From Minisyncoccia bacterium (lineage in GTDB: Bacteria; Patescibacteriota; Minisyncoccia; UBA6257; GWB1-50-10), in contig JBEKVQ010000006.1 in assembly GCA_049997815.1 (NCBI GenBank), positions 2,613 to 66,612 of the forward strand: 64,000 nt of DNA. The letters run 5' to 3'. The notes under the pieces are model-generated. The model ran no database searches. It had not been told where the DNA came from and worked only from the letters and a program-made list of their open reading frames with translations. Made by a program: the position numbers and the translations under genes. This document shows positions 55,138 through 64,000 of the stretch, one piece after another. Each line of letters opens with the position of its first letter. Position 1 is the first letter of the stretch.

Positions 55138-55175
55138 CCCCGTTTCGATTCATGGAACGGGGTTTTTGTTTTGTT
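55138..55175 (+). terminator. Rho-independent terminator
   Basis: CCCCGTTTCGATTCATGGAACGGGG hairpin followed by TTTTTGTTTTGTT. Confidence 0.55.
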
Positions 55176-55209
55176 GAATTTTGGGCCGGATAATAGTAGA
55201 GTAAAACCA

Positions 55210-56217
55210 ATGTTTATCCGGAAAATCGGCATTGATTTGGGGACCACGAATACGCTGGTTTTTTTGCCGAACCGCGGAATCGTAATCAACGAGCCGACGG
55301 TCGTGGCGCTCCGGAAACCCGATAATGCCGTGCTCGCGGTCGGCGCCGAGGCCAAGGAAATGGTTGGCCGTACGCCCGACGATATCGTCACTTACAAACC
55401 GCTCAAGGACGGCGTGATCGCCGAATACTATATCACCCAGGCGATGTTGCGCTATTTCATCTCGAAGAGCGTCGGCGCCTTCAATGTTTTCAGACCGGAG
55501 GTGGTTATATCCGTGCCGGCGGGCATTACCTCGACCGAATACCGCGCCGTTATGAATGCGGCCAAGGAATCCGGCGCCAAAGAGGTTTATTTGGTCAAAG
55601 AACCCATACTCGCGGCTTTGGGTGCCGGAATTCCCATCCATTCGGCCGAGGGCAATATGGTCGTGAATATTGGCGGCGGAACGACCGAAGTAGCCGTCAT
55701 ATCATTGGGCGGGATAGTAAACTGGCATAGTTTGCGGGTGGCGGGAAACCGTTTTGACCAGTCAATCGCCGAATATATCAAAAAGAAGTATGGGCTCGCG
55801 ATAGGCGAGACGAGCGCGGAAAACATAAAAATCGCCATTGGTACGGCGCTTCCGAACCACAATAAGATGGAGATGAGAATCCGCGGACGGGACCTGGCTT
55901 CGGGATTGCCCAAGGATCTGACGATAAGTTCCAACGAGATTGCGGAGGCCATCAATCCGCATCTGGTAGAGATAATGGGAGCGGTGCAGTCCGTCTTTAA
56001 CGTGACCCCGCCGGAACTGGCGGCGGATATCATGGAGAAGGGCATCATCCTTTCGGGCGGCAGTTCGCAGATACGGGATTTGGAAGAGTTCATTAAGCGC
56101 TCGCTCGGCGTTTCGGCTTACACGGCCGAGGAGCCGATTCTTTGCGTCGCGAAGGGCACCGCCATAATTCTGAATCACTTGGATGTGTATAAGCGCACTC
56201 TTTTGAACAAGAGATAA
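55210..56217 (+). CDS. mreB: Rod shape-determining protein MreB (actin homolog), paralog 1
   Basis: Start MFIRKIGIDLGTTNTLVF. NIGGGTTEVAVISLGG and ILSGGSSQIRDLEEF. Confidence 0.85.
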   Translation: MFIRKIGIDLGTTNTLVFLPNRGIVINEPTVVALRKPDNAVLAVGAEAKEMVGRTPDDIVTYKPLKDGVIAEYYITQAMLRYFISKSVGAFNVFRPEVVISVPAGITSTEYRAVMNAAKESGAKEVYLVKEPILAALGAGIPIHSAEGNMVVNIGGGTTEVAVISLGGIVNWHSLRVAGNRFDQSIAEYIKKKYGLAIGETSAENIKIAIGTALPNHNKMEMRIRGRDLASGLPKDLTISSNEIAEAINPHLVEIMGAVQSVFNVTPPELAADIMEKGIILSGGSSQIRDLEEFIKRSLGVSAYTAEEPILCVAKGTAIILNHLDVYKRTLLNKR

Positions 56218-56225
56218 TCTTCGTT

Positions 56226-56990
56226 ATGGATCTTTTCGGACACGAAGAAAGAACGAGGGCCTTCCAAAAGCTTATCAGGGAAAACAAACTGGGCCAGGCC
56301 TATCTTTTTTACGGCGACCGCGGAGTGGGCAAGGGAACCTTCGCCCGATTGCTCGCTTATGCGCTTGAAAACGGAAAGTTCGAAGTTGCGACCGAACCGC
56401 TTTTGGATGCCTCTTTCGTTTTGAAGGGAGAGGAAAAGAACAGTATCGGTATAGAAAAAATTTTGGAAGTGCGGAAGTTCCTATGGCAAAAACCGTTAAA
56501 ATCACCGAGGCGCCTCGCCGTCATCGATAACGCGGAGGAATTGACTCCCGAGGCCCAGGGAGCGCTCTTAAAGATAGTGGAAGAGCCGCCCGAACACGCC
56601 CTCTTGATTTTCGTCGCTCACGACCCACAGGTCTTGATTCCGCCGCTTCTTTCCCGGTTTGCCAAGGTCTACTTTCCGCGCCTTTCGAAAAACGAAGTGG
56701 CGAAGATATTGAAGGAAAAGTACGGCGAGAGCGAAAAAAAAGCGCGCGATATCGCCGCCGCCTCATTCGGCAGAATCGGCTACGCCCTGGAATTGTTGAA
56801 ACTGGATCCAAAAGGGGAAGACGATTTGGAGGATTTTCTAGAAAGGAGCATCCTGAAACTTTGGCGGGAAAATCTAGAAAAGAACGCTTCGCTTCTCTCG
56901 TGGCTCTTGGATAGGGAAACGCTCGTAAAAAGGTATAATTTGAATATGAATCTCCAAAGAAAAGCGGCGGAAGAAATGCTGAAGAATTAA
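56226..56990 (+). CDS. holB: DNA polymerase III delta-prime-like AAA+ clamp-loader subunit (short, 254 aa)
   Basis: LGQAYLFYGDRGVGKGTFARLLA degenerate P-loop. LLKIVEEPPEHALLIFVAH and LSRF sensor-like motifs. Confidence 0.55.
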   Translation: MDLFGHEERTRAFQKLIRENKLGQAYLFYGDRGVGKGTFARLLAYALENGKFEVATEPLLDASFVLKGEEKNSIGIEKILEVRKFLWQKPLKSPRRLAVIDNAEELTPEAQGALLKIVEEPPEHALLIFVAHDPQVLIPPLLSRFAKVYFPRLSKNEVAKILKEKYGESEKKARDIAAASFGRIGYALELLKLDPKGEDDLEDFLERSILKLWRENLEKNASLLSWLLDRETLVKRYNLNMNLQRKAAEEMLKN

Positions 56991-56993
56991 AAT

Positions 56994-57545
56994 ATGGAAC
57001 CGATCTTGAACGAACTGAAAACGAATGGGCAGGCGATAGTTGAGTCGCTCCGAAAGGCGCTCGCCGCCGTCCGGACGACCCGGCCGAACGCGGCCCTCGT
57101 CGAAGACCTGAAGGCCAATTACTACAATCAGATGACCCCGATAAAACAATTGGGGACCATCAGCGTTCAACCGCCCCGGGAAATATCGATTCAGGTTTGG
57201 GATAAGGGCGCGGTTCCCGGCGTGGCCAAGGCGATAGAGTCGTCCTCGTTGAACTTGTCGGCTAGCGTGGATGGACAGATAATTCGGATATTTCTCCCGG
57301 AGTTGAGCCAAGAGCGGCGGGATGAACTCATAAAACACATCGGGAAGGTTACGGAGGAGCACAAGATACAGATTCGCCATCTTCGGGACGATATCAATAA
57401 AAAAGTGCAGGTTGCTTTCGATGCCCACGAGATGAACGAGGACCAGAAGTTCAAGGCGAAAGAGCAGGTCCAGAAAGAGGTAGATAAGCTGAACGAGGAC
57501 ATCGAGAAAGCACTCCAGAATAAAACAAAGGAAATAAACGAATAA
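56994..57545 (+). CDS. frr: Ribosome recycling factor
   Basis: Length 183 aa. LAAVRTTRPNAALVEDL and RRDELIKHIGKVTEEHKIQIRHLRDD. Confidence 0.85.
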   Translation: MEPILNELKTNGQAIVESLRKALAAVRTTRPNAALVEDLKANYYNQMTPIKQLGTISVQPPREISIQVWDKGAVPGVAKAIESSSLNLSASVDGQIIRIFLPELSQERRDELIKHIGKVTEEHKIQIRHLRDDINKKVQVAFDAHEMNEDQKFKAKEQVQKEVDKLNEDIEKALQNKTKEINE

Positions 57546-58600
57546 TGGTTTTTGTAATAGTAATAATCGGGCTGGCGGTCCTTATTCTTGTCCACGAGCT
57601 CGGTCACTTTTTGGTCGCCAAACTTTTGGGAATGCGGGTGGATGAATTTGGTGTGGGTTTTCCGCCTCGGCTTTTGAAGAAGAAGATGGGGGAAACGACC
57701 TACAGTTTGAATACTCTGCCGTTCGGCGGTTTCGTGCGTCTCCACGGCGAAGACGAGCCGGCCGCCGGCATTTTAGGAGAACCGGGAGAAAAAGGTTTCA
57801 ATGAAGAAACGGCTTGGAAAAAGAGCTTGGTGGTTCTGGCCGGCGTTTTCATGAATGTGATTTTGGGCTGGCTGCTCTTGAGTTTGATTTTAATGGTCGG
57901 GATGCCGAAGCATCTGGTTATCGCGAACGTGGCGGAAAATTCGCCGGCACTTACGTCTGGTCTAAAATCCGGAGATATCATAAAGAGCGTTTCGTCCGGC
58001 GCATCGGTTTTATCCGACCCGATTATGTCGGATGATTTTACGAAGCTGGTCAAAGGGAACGGAGCGGGCCCGCTCACTTTGAATGTCGAGCGTGACACTA
58101 AAGAATTGAAATTCGAAATTAGTCCTAGGCAAAATCCGCCCAAGGGACAAGGACCGTTGGGAGTAGAGATTACCGAAGTGGGTTTGGAGTCCCAGCCGTT
58201 TTTAACGAGTTTAGGGTCGGGGCTTTCGGAGACCTGGGTCGTGACGAAGATGGTTTTTGACGGCTTGGGAACGTTTCTCGGTCAGCTCTTATCGTCGCCC
58301 GGAAACGTCCAAAACGTTACCGGTCCGGTGGGCATAGTTTTCCTTGCGGCCCAGGCGACCAATCTCGGATTTGTTTATTTCCTTCAGCTTTTGGCCCTTA
58401 TCTCCATAAACCTTGCGGTCCTGAACCTTCTGCCCTTCCCGGCGCTCGACGGCGGACGCTTCCTTTTCATTCTCATCGAAAAACTCGTCGGAAGGTCGAT
58501 TCCCCGGCAGGTGCAGATATGGGTGAATGGCGCCGGTTTCGCGATTTTGATTCTTCTCATGGTTTTTATCACAATTAAGGATGTAGTCAGACTTATTTAA
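57545..58600 (+). CDS. rseP: RseP-type site-2 protease (M50 zinc metalloprotease with PDZ domain)
   Basis: HELGHFLVAKLLGMRV (HExxH in TM1), PDZ-like region, and C-terminal LLPFPALDGG. Confidence 0.75.
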   Translation: MVFVIVIIGLAVLILVHELGHFLVAKLLGMRVDEFGVGFPPRLLKKKMGETTYSLNTLPFGGFVRLHGEDEPAAGILGEPGEKGFNEETAWKKSLVVLAGVFMNVILGWLLLSLILMVGMPKHLVIANVAENSPALTSGLKSGDIIKSVSSGASVLSDPIMSDDFTKLVKGNGAGPLTLNVERDTKELKFEISPRQNPPKGQGPLGVEITEVGLESQPFLTSLGSGLSETWVVTKMVFDGLGTFLGQLLSSPGNVQNVTGPVGIVFLAAQATNLGFVYFLQLLALISINLAVLNLLPFPALDGGRFLFILIEKLVGRSIPRQVQIWVNGAGFAILILLMVFITIKDVVRLI

Positions 58601-58606
58601 ATCATC

Positions 58607-59572
58607 ATGAAAAAATCCCGCAGAAAAATCGCAGTGCTTTCGGGCGGACCGTCGCCGGAGCATGACGTATCGCTCGCGTCCGGCCGGAACGTTGCCGCCA
58701 ATTTGAATCCGGAAAAATACGAAGCGGAGGAATTCGTCATCTCAAAGACCGGCGAATGGCCGATTGAGCCGGCTGAACTTAAAAAGCGCTTTGAGCTCGC
58801 TTTCATTGCAATGCACGGGCCTTACGGGGAGGACGGCACGGTGCAAAGCATTCTGGACGCGGCCCACGTTCCTTACGCCGGATCCGGAGCAATGACGAGC
58901 GCTTTGGGGATGAATAAGTGGTTGTCGCTCCGGCTTTTTCAGGACGCGGGTCTTTTGATACCACCGACCATTCATATATCGCGCCACGAGTGGTTCAAGG
59001 ACCGAAAGGGCATAGCGCAAAAAATAAGTTCATATTTAAAGGAGCCATGGGTCATAAAACCCAACGCGAGCGGCTCGAGCGTAGGAGTGAAAATACTGAA
59101 GGAGAAGAAGGAATTGAATCAGGCGCTGGAACTGGCGTTAAAGGATTCAAAAGAGATAATCGTTCAGGAGTTCATTGGGGGGAGAGAATTGACCTGCGGC
59201 GTCATCGATTCGGGCATTCCGAACTCGACTTTTGCTCTGCCGCCCACGGAAATAATCGCGGCGGGGAGCCCATTCTTCGACTATAAGGCGAAGTACGATC
59301 CGGCCACCATGGAAATTACGCCGGCGCCCTTGCCCGATTCTTATACTCAGGCGGTGAAGAGAGCGGCTCTCTTGGCGCATAAGACCATCGGCTGCAGCGG
59401 ATTTTCCCGCACCGATTTCATTTTGGGCAAGAACCGAAAGCTTTACGTTTTGGAGATAAACACCATCCCCGGAATGACCGAAAATAGCCTGCTTCCCAAG
59501 GCGGCCCAAGCCGTCGGCATCTCCTTCCCGAAACTTTTGGAAATTTTTATCGAAGGCTCTCTTCTGAAGTAA
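58607..59572 (+). CDS. ddl: D-alanine--D-alanine ligase
   Basis: IAVLSGGPSPEHDVSLASG, ALHGPYGEDGTVQSILD and ATP-grasp EINTIPGMTENSLLPK. Confidence 0.8.
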   Translation: MKKSRRKIAVLSGGPSPEHDVSLASGRNVAANLNPEKYEAEEFVISKTGEWPIEPAELKKRFELAFIAMHGPYGEDGTVQSILDAAHVPYAGSGAMTSALGMNKWLSLRLFQDAGLLIPPTIHISRHEWFKDRKGIAQKISSYLKEPWVIKPNASGSSVGVKILKEKKELNQALELALKDSKEIIVQEFIGGRELTCGVIDSGIPNSTFALPPTEIIAAGSPFFDYKAKYDPATMEITPAPLPDSYTQAVKRAALLAHKTIGCSGFSRTDFILGKNRKLYVLEINTIPGMTENSLLPKAAQAVGISFPKLLEIFIEGSLLK

Positions 59573-59611
59573 TTAGTTGTCATAGAGCGGGTCCTTTGCT
59601 AGTATTTTCAT

Positions 59612-60865
59612 ATGCGGGAATCGCATCTTTTCTTCAGAACGCAAAAGGATTTTCCCAAGGACGAAGTCGCCATAAACGCCCAATTTTTGATTCGGGCGAA
59701 TTTTGTTCAGAAATTGATGGCGGGCGTTTATTCGTTCCTGCCGCTGGGTTGGCGGGTGATAACGAAGATTGAAAACGTAATCCGCGAGGAAATGAATGCT
59801 TTGGGTTCGGCTGAGATATTAATGCCGGCTCTCCACCCTCGATCGGTTTGGGAAGCGACTGGACGATGGGCCAGCATGGAAAAGGTTATGTATCAATTTA
59901 AGGACCACGGCGGACGCGAATTCGGTTTGGGTCCCACTCACGAAGAAATAGTAAGTACTCTCGCCAAAACGATTATCAATTCCTATGCGGATTTGCCACT
60001 TTCGGTGTATCAAATTCAGGGTAAGTTTAGAGATGAACCCCGCGCCAAATCCGGTCTGATCCGAGGGCGGGAATTCATCATGAAGGACCTTTATAGCTTT
60101 CATGAGGATGAAGCATCTCTGTCAAAATTCTACGAAGAGGCAAAGAAGGCCTATATGAAAGTTTTCGGACGATTTGGGCTTAAAACTTACATTACCGAGG
60201 CCTCCGGCGGCGATTTTTCCAAAGAGTACTCACACGAATTCATGGTGGAAAGCGAGGCAGGGGAGGACGAAATAATCGTCTGCCGGCTCTGCGGCTTCGC
60301 CCAGAATAAGGAGATATCCAAGCTGAAATCAGGCGCCAGTTGCCCTCATTGCCAGAGCGGCGTTCTAGATGTGATAAAAGCGATTGAGGTGGGGAATATT
60401 TTCAAGCTAGGAACGAAATTCTCGGAGCCGATAAACCTTTTCTTCAAAGACAAAAGCGGAAAGAATCAGCCGGTAACAATGGCCTCTTATGGGATAGGCG
60501 TAGATCGTCTTATGGCTACAATTGTCGAAACACATCACGACGAAAGAGGTATTATCTGGCCGGATGAAGCCGCGCCATTCCGGGTTCATCTTCTCATGAT
60601 CGGTGAGGGAACGCCGGAGCTTCAAAAGTTCGCGGACTCGGTCTATAATCATCTCGTAAAAGACGGCGTGGAAGTGCTTTTTGACGACCGGGCGGGACTT
60701 TCGGCTGGTGAGAAGTTCTTCGATGCCGATCTCCTGGGCATGCCGTGGCGTGCGGTTGTGAGCGAAAAAACGATGGTGCAGGAAAAGATAGAAATTAAAA
60801 AGCGGAACGGGAAGGAGTCCAAACTGGTTAAGGTCCAGGACTTCGTTAAGGAAGTAAAGAAATAA
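59612..60865 (+). CDS. proS: Prolyl-tRNA synthetase, compact form without editing insertion (417 aa)
   Basis: YSFLPLGWRVITKIENVIREEMNALGSAEILMPALHPRSVWEATGRW class II motifs. Anticodon-binding C-terminal region. Confidence 0.75.
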   Translation: MRESHLFFRTQKDFPKDEVAINAQFLIRANFVQKLMAGVYSFLPLGWRVITKIENVIREEMNALGSAEILMPALHPRSVWEATGRWASMEKVMYQFKDHGGREFGLGPTHEEIVSTLAKTIINSYADLPLSVYQIQGKFRDEPRAKSGLIRGREFIMKDLYSFHEDEASLSKFYEEAKKAYMKVFGRFGLKTYITEASGGDFSKEYSHEFMVESEAGEDEIIVCRLCGFAQNKEISKLKSGASCPHCQSGVLDVIKAIEVGNIFKLGTKFSEPINLFFKDKSGKNQPVTMASYGIGVDRLMATIVETHHDERGIIWPDEAAPFRVHLLMIGEGTPELQKFADSVYNHLVKDGVEVLFDDRAGLSAGEKFFDADLLGMPWRAVVSEKTMVQEKIEIKKRNGKESKLVKVQDFVKEVKK

Positions 60866-60871
60866 ATCAAG

Positions 60872-61900
60872 ATGGTACTAAAAAAGATAATTGGCATCGA
60901 TTTAGGGACGGATATGACCCGGGTTTATCTTAAAGGAACGGGCATAATTCTTGCGGAACCCTCGATCGTGGCCTTCAACAACCGTACCAATCGCGTCGTG
61001 GCGGTCGGTTCCGAGGCCAAGCGGATGCTTTCGCGGACGCCGACGCACGTGACGGCTCTGCGGCCAATGATAAACGGGGTCATCGGAGATTTCGACATGG
61101 CCAAGGAGATGGTCCAGCATATTTTGAAGAGCGAAAAATTGCCCTGGTCCTGGTTTACCGAAACCATCGTGAGCGTGCCGACCAATCTTACGGAAGTGGA
61201 AAGAAAATCGGTGGAGGACCTATTGAAAGAGGTGGGGGTGAGCCGAGTGCATCTCGTGGAACAGCCCATTGCGGCGGCTCTTGGGAGCCATTTGGATATC
61301 AATCAGCCGACGGCGCATTTGATAGTGGACATCGGGGCCGGGACGAGCGGAATGGCGATAATCTCCATGAACGGCATCGTGGTTTCGAAACGCCTGAAGA
61401 TCGCCGGGGATTATCTGAATCAGGAAATTTTGAAGGGGATAAAGGAAGAAATGAAACTCCATATCGGCGAACCGACGGCGGAGGAGATAAAAATTGCCGT
61501 GGGAGCCGCTATTCCTCAATCCGAACGGCTGGAAATCGTGATTCGCGGGCGTGATGCCGTAACCGGTTTGCCGCGTGAGACGGTAATCAAGGACACGCAG
61601 GTGCGTTATTGGCTTACCCGGCCGCTGAAGCTCGTGGTGGAAGACCTGAAGGAACTTATAGACGTGACGCCGCCGGAGCTGGCGGGCGACATCTACAAGA
61701 ACGGTATCTATCTTTCGGGCGGTGGCAGCTTGCTCCGCGGTGTGGACCAGCTTTTCAAGAAGGAGATCGGCGTAGAAGTGCATCTGGTGGACGAACCCAT
61801 CCTCTGCGTTTCCCGCGGCACCGGCATCATCGCTGAGAATATGGGGGCTTACGACAATCTTTTAGATAATTTCTCCGGCTCCAAAATCATCAATCTATGA
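60872..61900 (+). CDS. mreB: Rod shape-determining protein MreB, paralog 2 (upstream of mreC-mreD-PBP2)
   Basis: IIGIDLGTDMTRVYL, VDIGAGTSGMAIISMNG and YLSGGGSLLRGVDQLF. Confidence 0.8.
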   Translation: MVLKKIIGIDLGTDMTRVYLKGTGIILAEPSIVAFNNRTNRVVAVGSEAKRMLSRTPTHVTALRPMINGVIGDFDMAKEMVQHILKSEKLPWSWFTETIVSVPTNLTEVERKSVEDLLKEVGVSRVHLVEQPIAAALGSHLDINQPTAHLIVDIGAGTSGMAIISMNGIVVSKRLKIAGDYLNQEILKGIKEEMKLHIGEPTAEEIKIAVGAAIPQSERLEIVIRGRDAVTGLPRETVIKDTQVRYWLTRPLKLVVEDLKELIDVTPPELAGDIYKNGIYLSGGGSLLRGVDQLFKKEIGVEVHLVDEPILCVSRGTGIIAENMGAYDNLLDNFSGSKIINL

Positions 61901-62598
61901 AGTCGTTTCGCCTCCTGATCCTGAGCGTCGCTTTCGTGGCGGTCGTGCTAGTTGTTTTCTTTTCACGGACGGTAATTGTCCATTTTTTCCAGAATTTCCG
62001 CTTGGCCTTTTCAGGTGCTGCCGATTCTGAGTTCACTTACGAAAACTACGGTAACCTGAAAGCCCAAAATGAGGTTCTTACCCAGAGCTTTTCCGGCGCG
62101 GAGAATGCGAATCCGACAGTGAATGCCGATCGCTACCGCGCGAAGGAAGCGCAGGTCTTTTCGGATTATCCTTTCAATAATTACGCGGCCATCACGATAG
62201 ATATCGGTTCCGACGACGGAATCAAGGTGGGAATGCCGGTTCTTTCGGCTCCGGGAGTGCTCTTGGGAAAGATAAAAGACGTGAAGAGAACGGAGAGCGA
62301 AGTGGAAACCATCTTCGATCCGGCTTGGCGAAGTGCGGTCGCCTTCGGAACAAATCGCGCGAAAGCCCTTCTAACCGGCGGTCCCGCGCCCTACTTGGAT
62401 CTGATACCCAAAGATGCTTCGTCAACGGCGGGCGACGCGGTCATGAATCTCGCGAGCAATTTTCCCATGAACTCGCTTATCGGGAGGATTTTAGATTGGG
62501 AAGCAGGCGAGAACGGCGTCTGGGCCAAGGCCAAGGTGGAGCCGCCGATAAGTTTTGAAGATCTAAGAAAAGTGCTTGTAATCATCAATTTTCCCTAA
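61897..62598 (+). CDS. mreC: Rod shape-determining protein MreC (short)
   Basis: N-terminal TM anchor. Beta-rich GMPVLSAPGVLLGKIKDV. Position between mreB and mreD. Confidence 0.55.
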   Translation: MKSFRLLILSVAFVAVVLVVFFSRTVIVHFFQNFRLAFSGAADSEFTYENYGNLKAQNEVLTQSFSGAENANPTVNADRYRAKEAQVFSDYPFNNYAAITIDIGSDDGIKVGMPVLSAPGVLLGKIKDVKRTESEVETIFDPAWRSAVAFGTNRAKALLTGGPAPYLDLIPKDASSTAGDAVMNLASNFPMNSLIGRILDWEAGENGVWAKAKVEPPISFEDLRKVLVIINFP

Positions 62599-62604
62599 CC
62601 GACT

Positions 62605-63087
62605 ATGGCGGACTTGGCTCGGTTCATTTTGGTTCTGCTCGTTATCGCCGTTTTGGTCTGCTTCGAGGGCACGCGGTTTTTGAGCGTGGGCGGAATAAAT
62701 CCAAATCTCATATTCATATTTTTCTTGGGCCTGATTCTTGCGCCCGTTTTTAGAAAACGCATCCGTTTTGATTTCTTCCTGGTGCTCTTGGGATTTTCTT
62801 TCCTTGTCGGTTCTTTTCTCTTCGGTTTTTGGATGACCACATGGCTCACGCTTACCGCCCTTATCGTTCTGGTTTATTTCTTGAAGGATTTTTTAACCGG
62901 CCATCCTTTTCCTGATTTCCTGTTCGTCTTGGTCATCGGTACCGTTCTTTTTCACGTTCTGCTCAGATTTTTGACCGGCAGTCCGCTCATGTGGGGTTTG
63001 ATACTTGAGGAGGCGGTTTATAATTTTCTCTTGGGCGGTATCTTCTGGCTCCTGCTCCTTTTTTGGGAAAAATATGCCCGAACCTGA
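62605..63087 (+). CDS. mreD: MreD-like polytopic membrane protein
   Basis: Five hydrophobic segments. Located between mreC and PBP2. Confidence 0.45.
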   Translation: MADLARFILVLLVIAVLVCFEGTRFLSVGGINPNLIFIFFLGLILAPVFRKRIRFDFFLVLLGFSFLVGSFLFGFWMTTWLTLTALIVLVYFLKDFLTGHPFPDFLFVLVIGTVLFHVLLRFLTGSPLMWGLILEEAVYNFLLGGIFWLLLLFWEKYART

Positions 63088-64000
63088 TTTAAATTTAGAG
63101 GATATCCTTACCGACCGATTGGCGGAGGAGGATTTTTTGGAAATACCGCTTACCGACCGGGTTTTCAAGAATTTTTTGATTTTCATCTCAATCGTGTTCC
63201 TTCTGGTATTCGCCCAACTTCTGAATTTGGCCGCCTTTAATTACGGCTTCTACGCCGGGCGGGCGGTTGCGAATATGAGCGACACGAAGGTGGAATACGC
63301 GCCGCGGGGAGCGATTACGGACCGTTTCGGCAGCGACCTCGTTAAGAACGATTCGGCCTACGATGCATTTTTGGTGCCCAAGTCTCTTCCGAAGTCTCCG
63401 GAAGAACAGCTTGCGGTCATCGGGAGTGCCGCAGATATTTTGGGGCTGGACCAGAATGATATCCTAAACCAAATAAAAGAACGGGACTGGAACGTGAGCG
63501 ACAGTTTTCTTCTGAAACAGAATCTCGGGCACGATGAGCTGGTGAATCTTGCGGCGGCGAATCTGGATGGCATTGAAATAGACCCGTCGTTCCAAAGAGG
63601 CCAGGTCGTTCCTTTGAAGTTTGCCCACGTGATTGGTTACACCGGTCTCGTGAACAAGAATGACCTGAAGAGTGATCCGAGTTTGAGCATTGACGACCAG
63701 ATTGGCCGGAGCGGGCTAGAAGCGTATTACGATGGATATTTGAGAGGCGTGAACGGTGAAAAGATGATACTGACGAGCGCCCAGGGCAGGACCGAAGCCG
63801 AAAGGGTGATAAAACAGCCGGTTTCAGGCGATAATCTGAAGACTTTCATAGATAAGGATCTCCAGTCGTACTTTTACGACCGTTTGAGCCAGGCTCTTCA
63901 GGAACTCGGGCGCGACGTGGGCGTGGGTATAGCAATGAACCCGCAGAACGGGGAAATTTTGTCGCTCGTGAACATTCCTTCGTTCGACCCGGAAAACGTG
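63074..64000 (+). CDS. mrdA: Penicillin-binding protein 2 (MrdA), N-terminal part; 3' end beyond window
   Basis: TM anchor then dimerisation-domain motifs GRSGLEAYYDGYLRGVNG and AMNPQNGEILSLVNIPSFDPEN. Frame open to window end. Confidence 0.6.
   Translation, partial: MPEPDLNLEDILTDRLAEEDFLEIPLTDRVFKNFLIFISIVFLLVFAQLLNLAAFNYGFYAGRAVANMSDTKVEYAPRGAITDRFGSDLVKNDSAYDAFLVPKSLPKSPEEQLAVIGSAADILGLDQNDILNQIKERDWNVSDSFLLKQNLGHDELVNLAAANLDGIEIDPSFQRGQVVPLKFAHVIGYTGLVNKNDLKSDPSLSIDDQIGRSGLEAYYDGYLRGVNGEKMILTSAQGRTEAERVIKQPVSGDNLKTFIDKDLQSYFYDRLSQALQELGRDVGVGIAMNPQNGEILSLVNIPSFDPENV

Overview
This 64 kb window looks like part of a streamlined bacterial genome, probably Candidate Phyla Radiation / Patescibacteria (inferred from gene content and compaction, not a database hit). 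GC is about 50%. Coding is dense and almost entirely on the + strand between 6.3 kb and 41.5 kb.

Recognisable core genes are: efp, mnmA, a split comEC, aspS, ppsA, eno, alaS, a ribosomal-protein/rpoA cluster (infA-rpmJ-rpsM-rpsK-rpsD-rpoA-rplQ, rplM-rpsI), murA, two mreB paralogs, mreC/D, PBP2 (mrdA), frr, rseP, ddl and proS. Two extracytoplasmic thiol-disulfide systems are also present: CcdA with a membrane-anchored thioredoxin-like protein, and DoxX with VKOR.

The dominant feature is an array of 12 paralogous genes (11 within 1-40,555; one truncated at the window start, one frameshifted). Each encodes a ~570-620 aa cysteine-rich protein built from zinc-ribbon-like modules. All copies share a near-invariant N-terminus (M-x-SETRNCQNCKQxFxIEPDDFxFYEKIxVPxPTxCPxCRxQRRLxWRNERxLYKRxC) and C-terminus (NEFETSYSPERKEIVYCEQCYNSEVV), with variable Cys-rich repeat cores. 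Tandem copies are joined by ATGA start/stop overlaps.

The copies sit inside operon-like runs with a glycerate-to-PEP module (glycerate kinase, a 2-hydroxyacid dehydrogenase, enolase, PEP synthase). They lie next to a TraD/VirD4/HerA-like P-loop ATPase that carries a similar CxxCGK...VYCxxC zinc ribbon. I do not recognise this family as a characterised one. I could not run searches, so its novelty and function remain hypotheses.

No rRNA, tRNA, CRISPR array or transposase was found.
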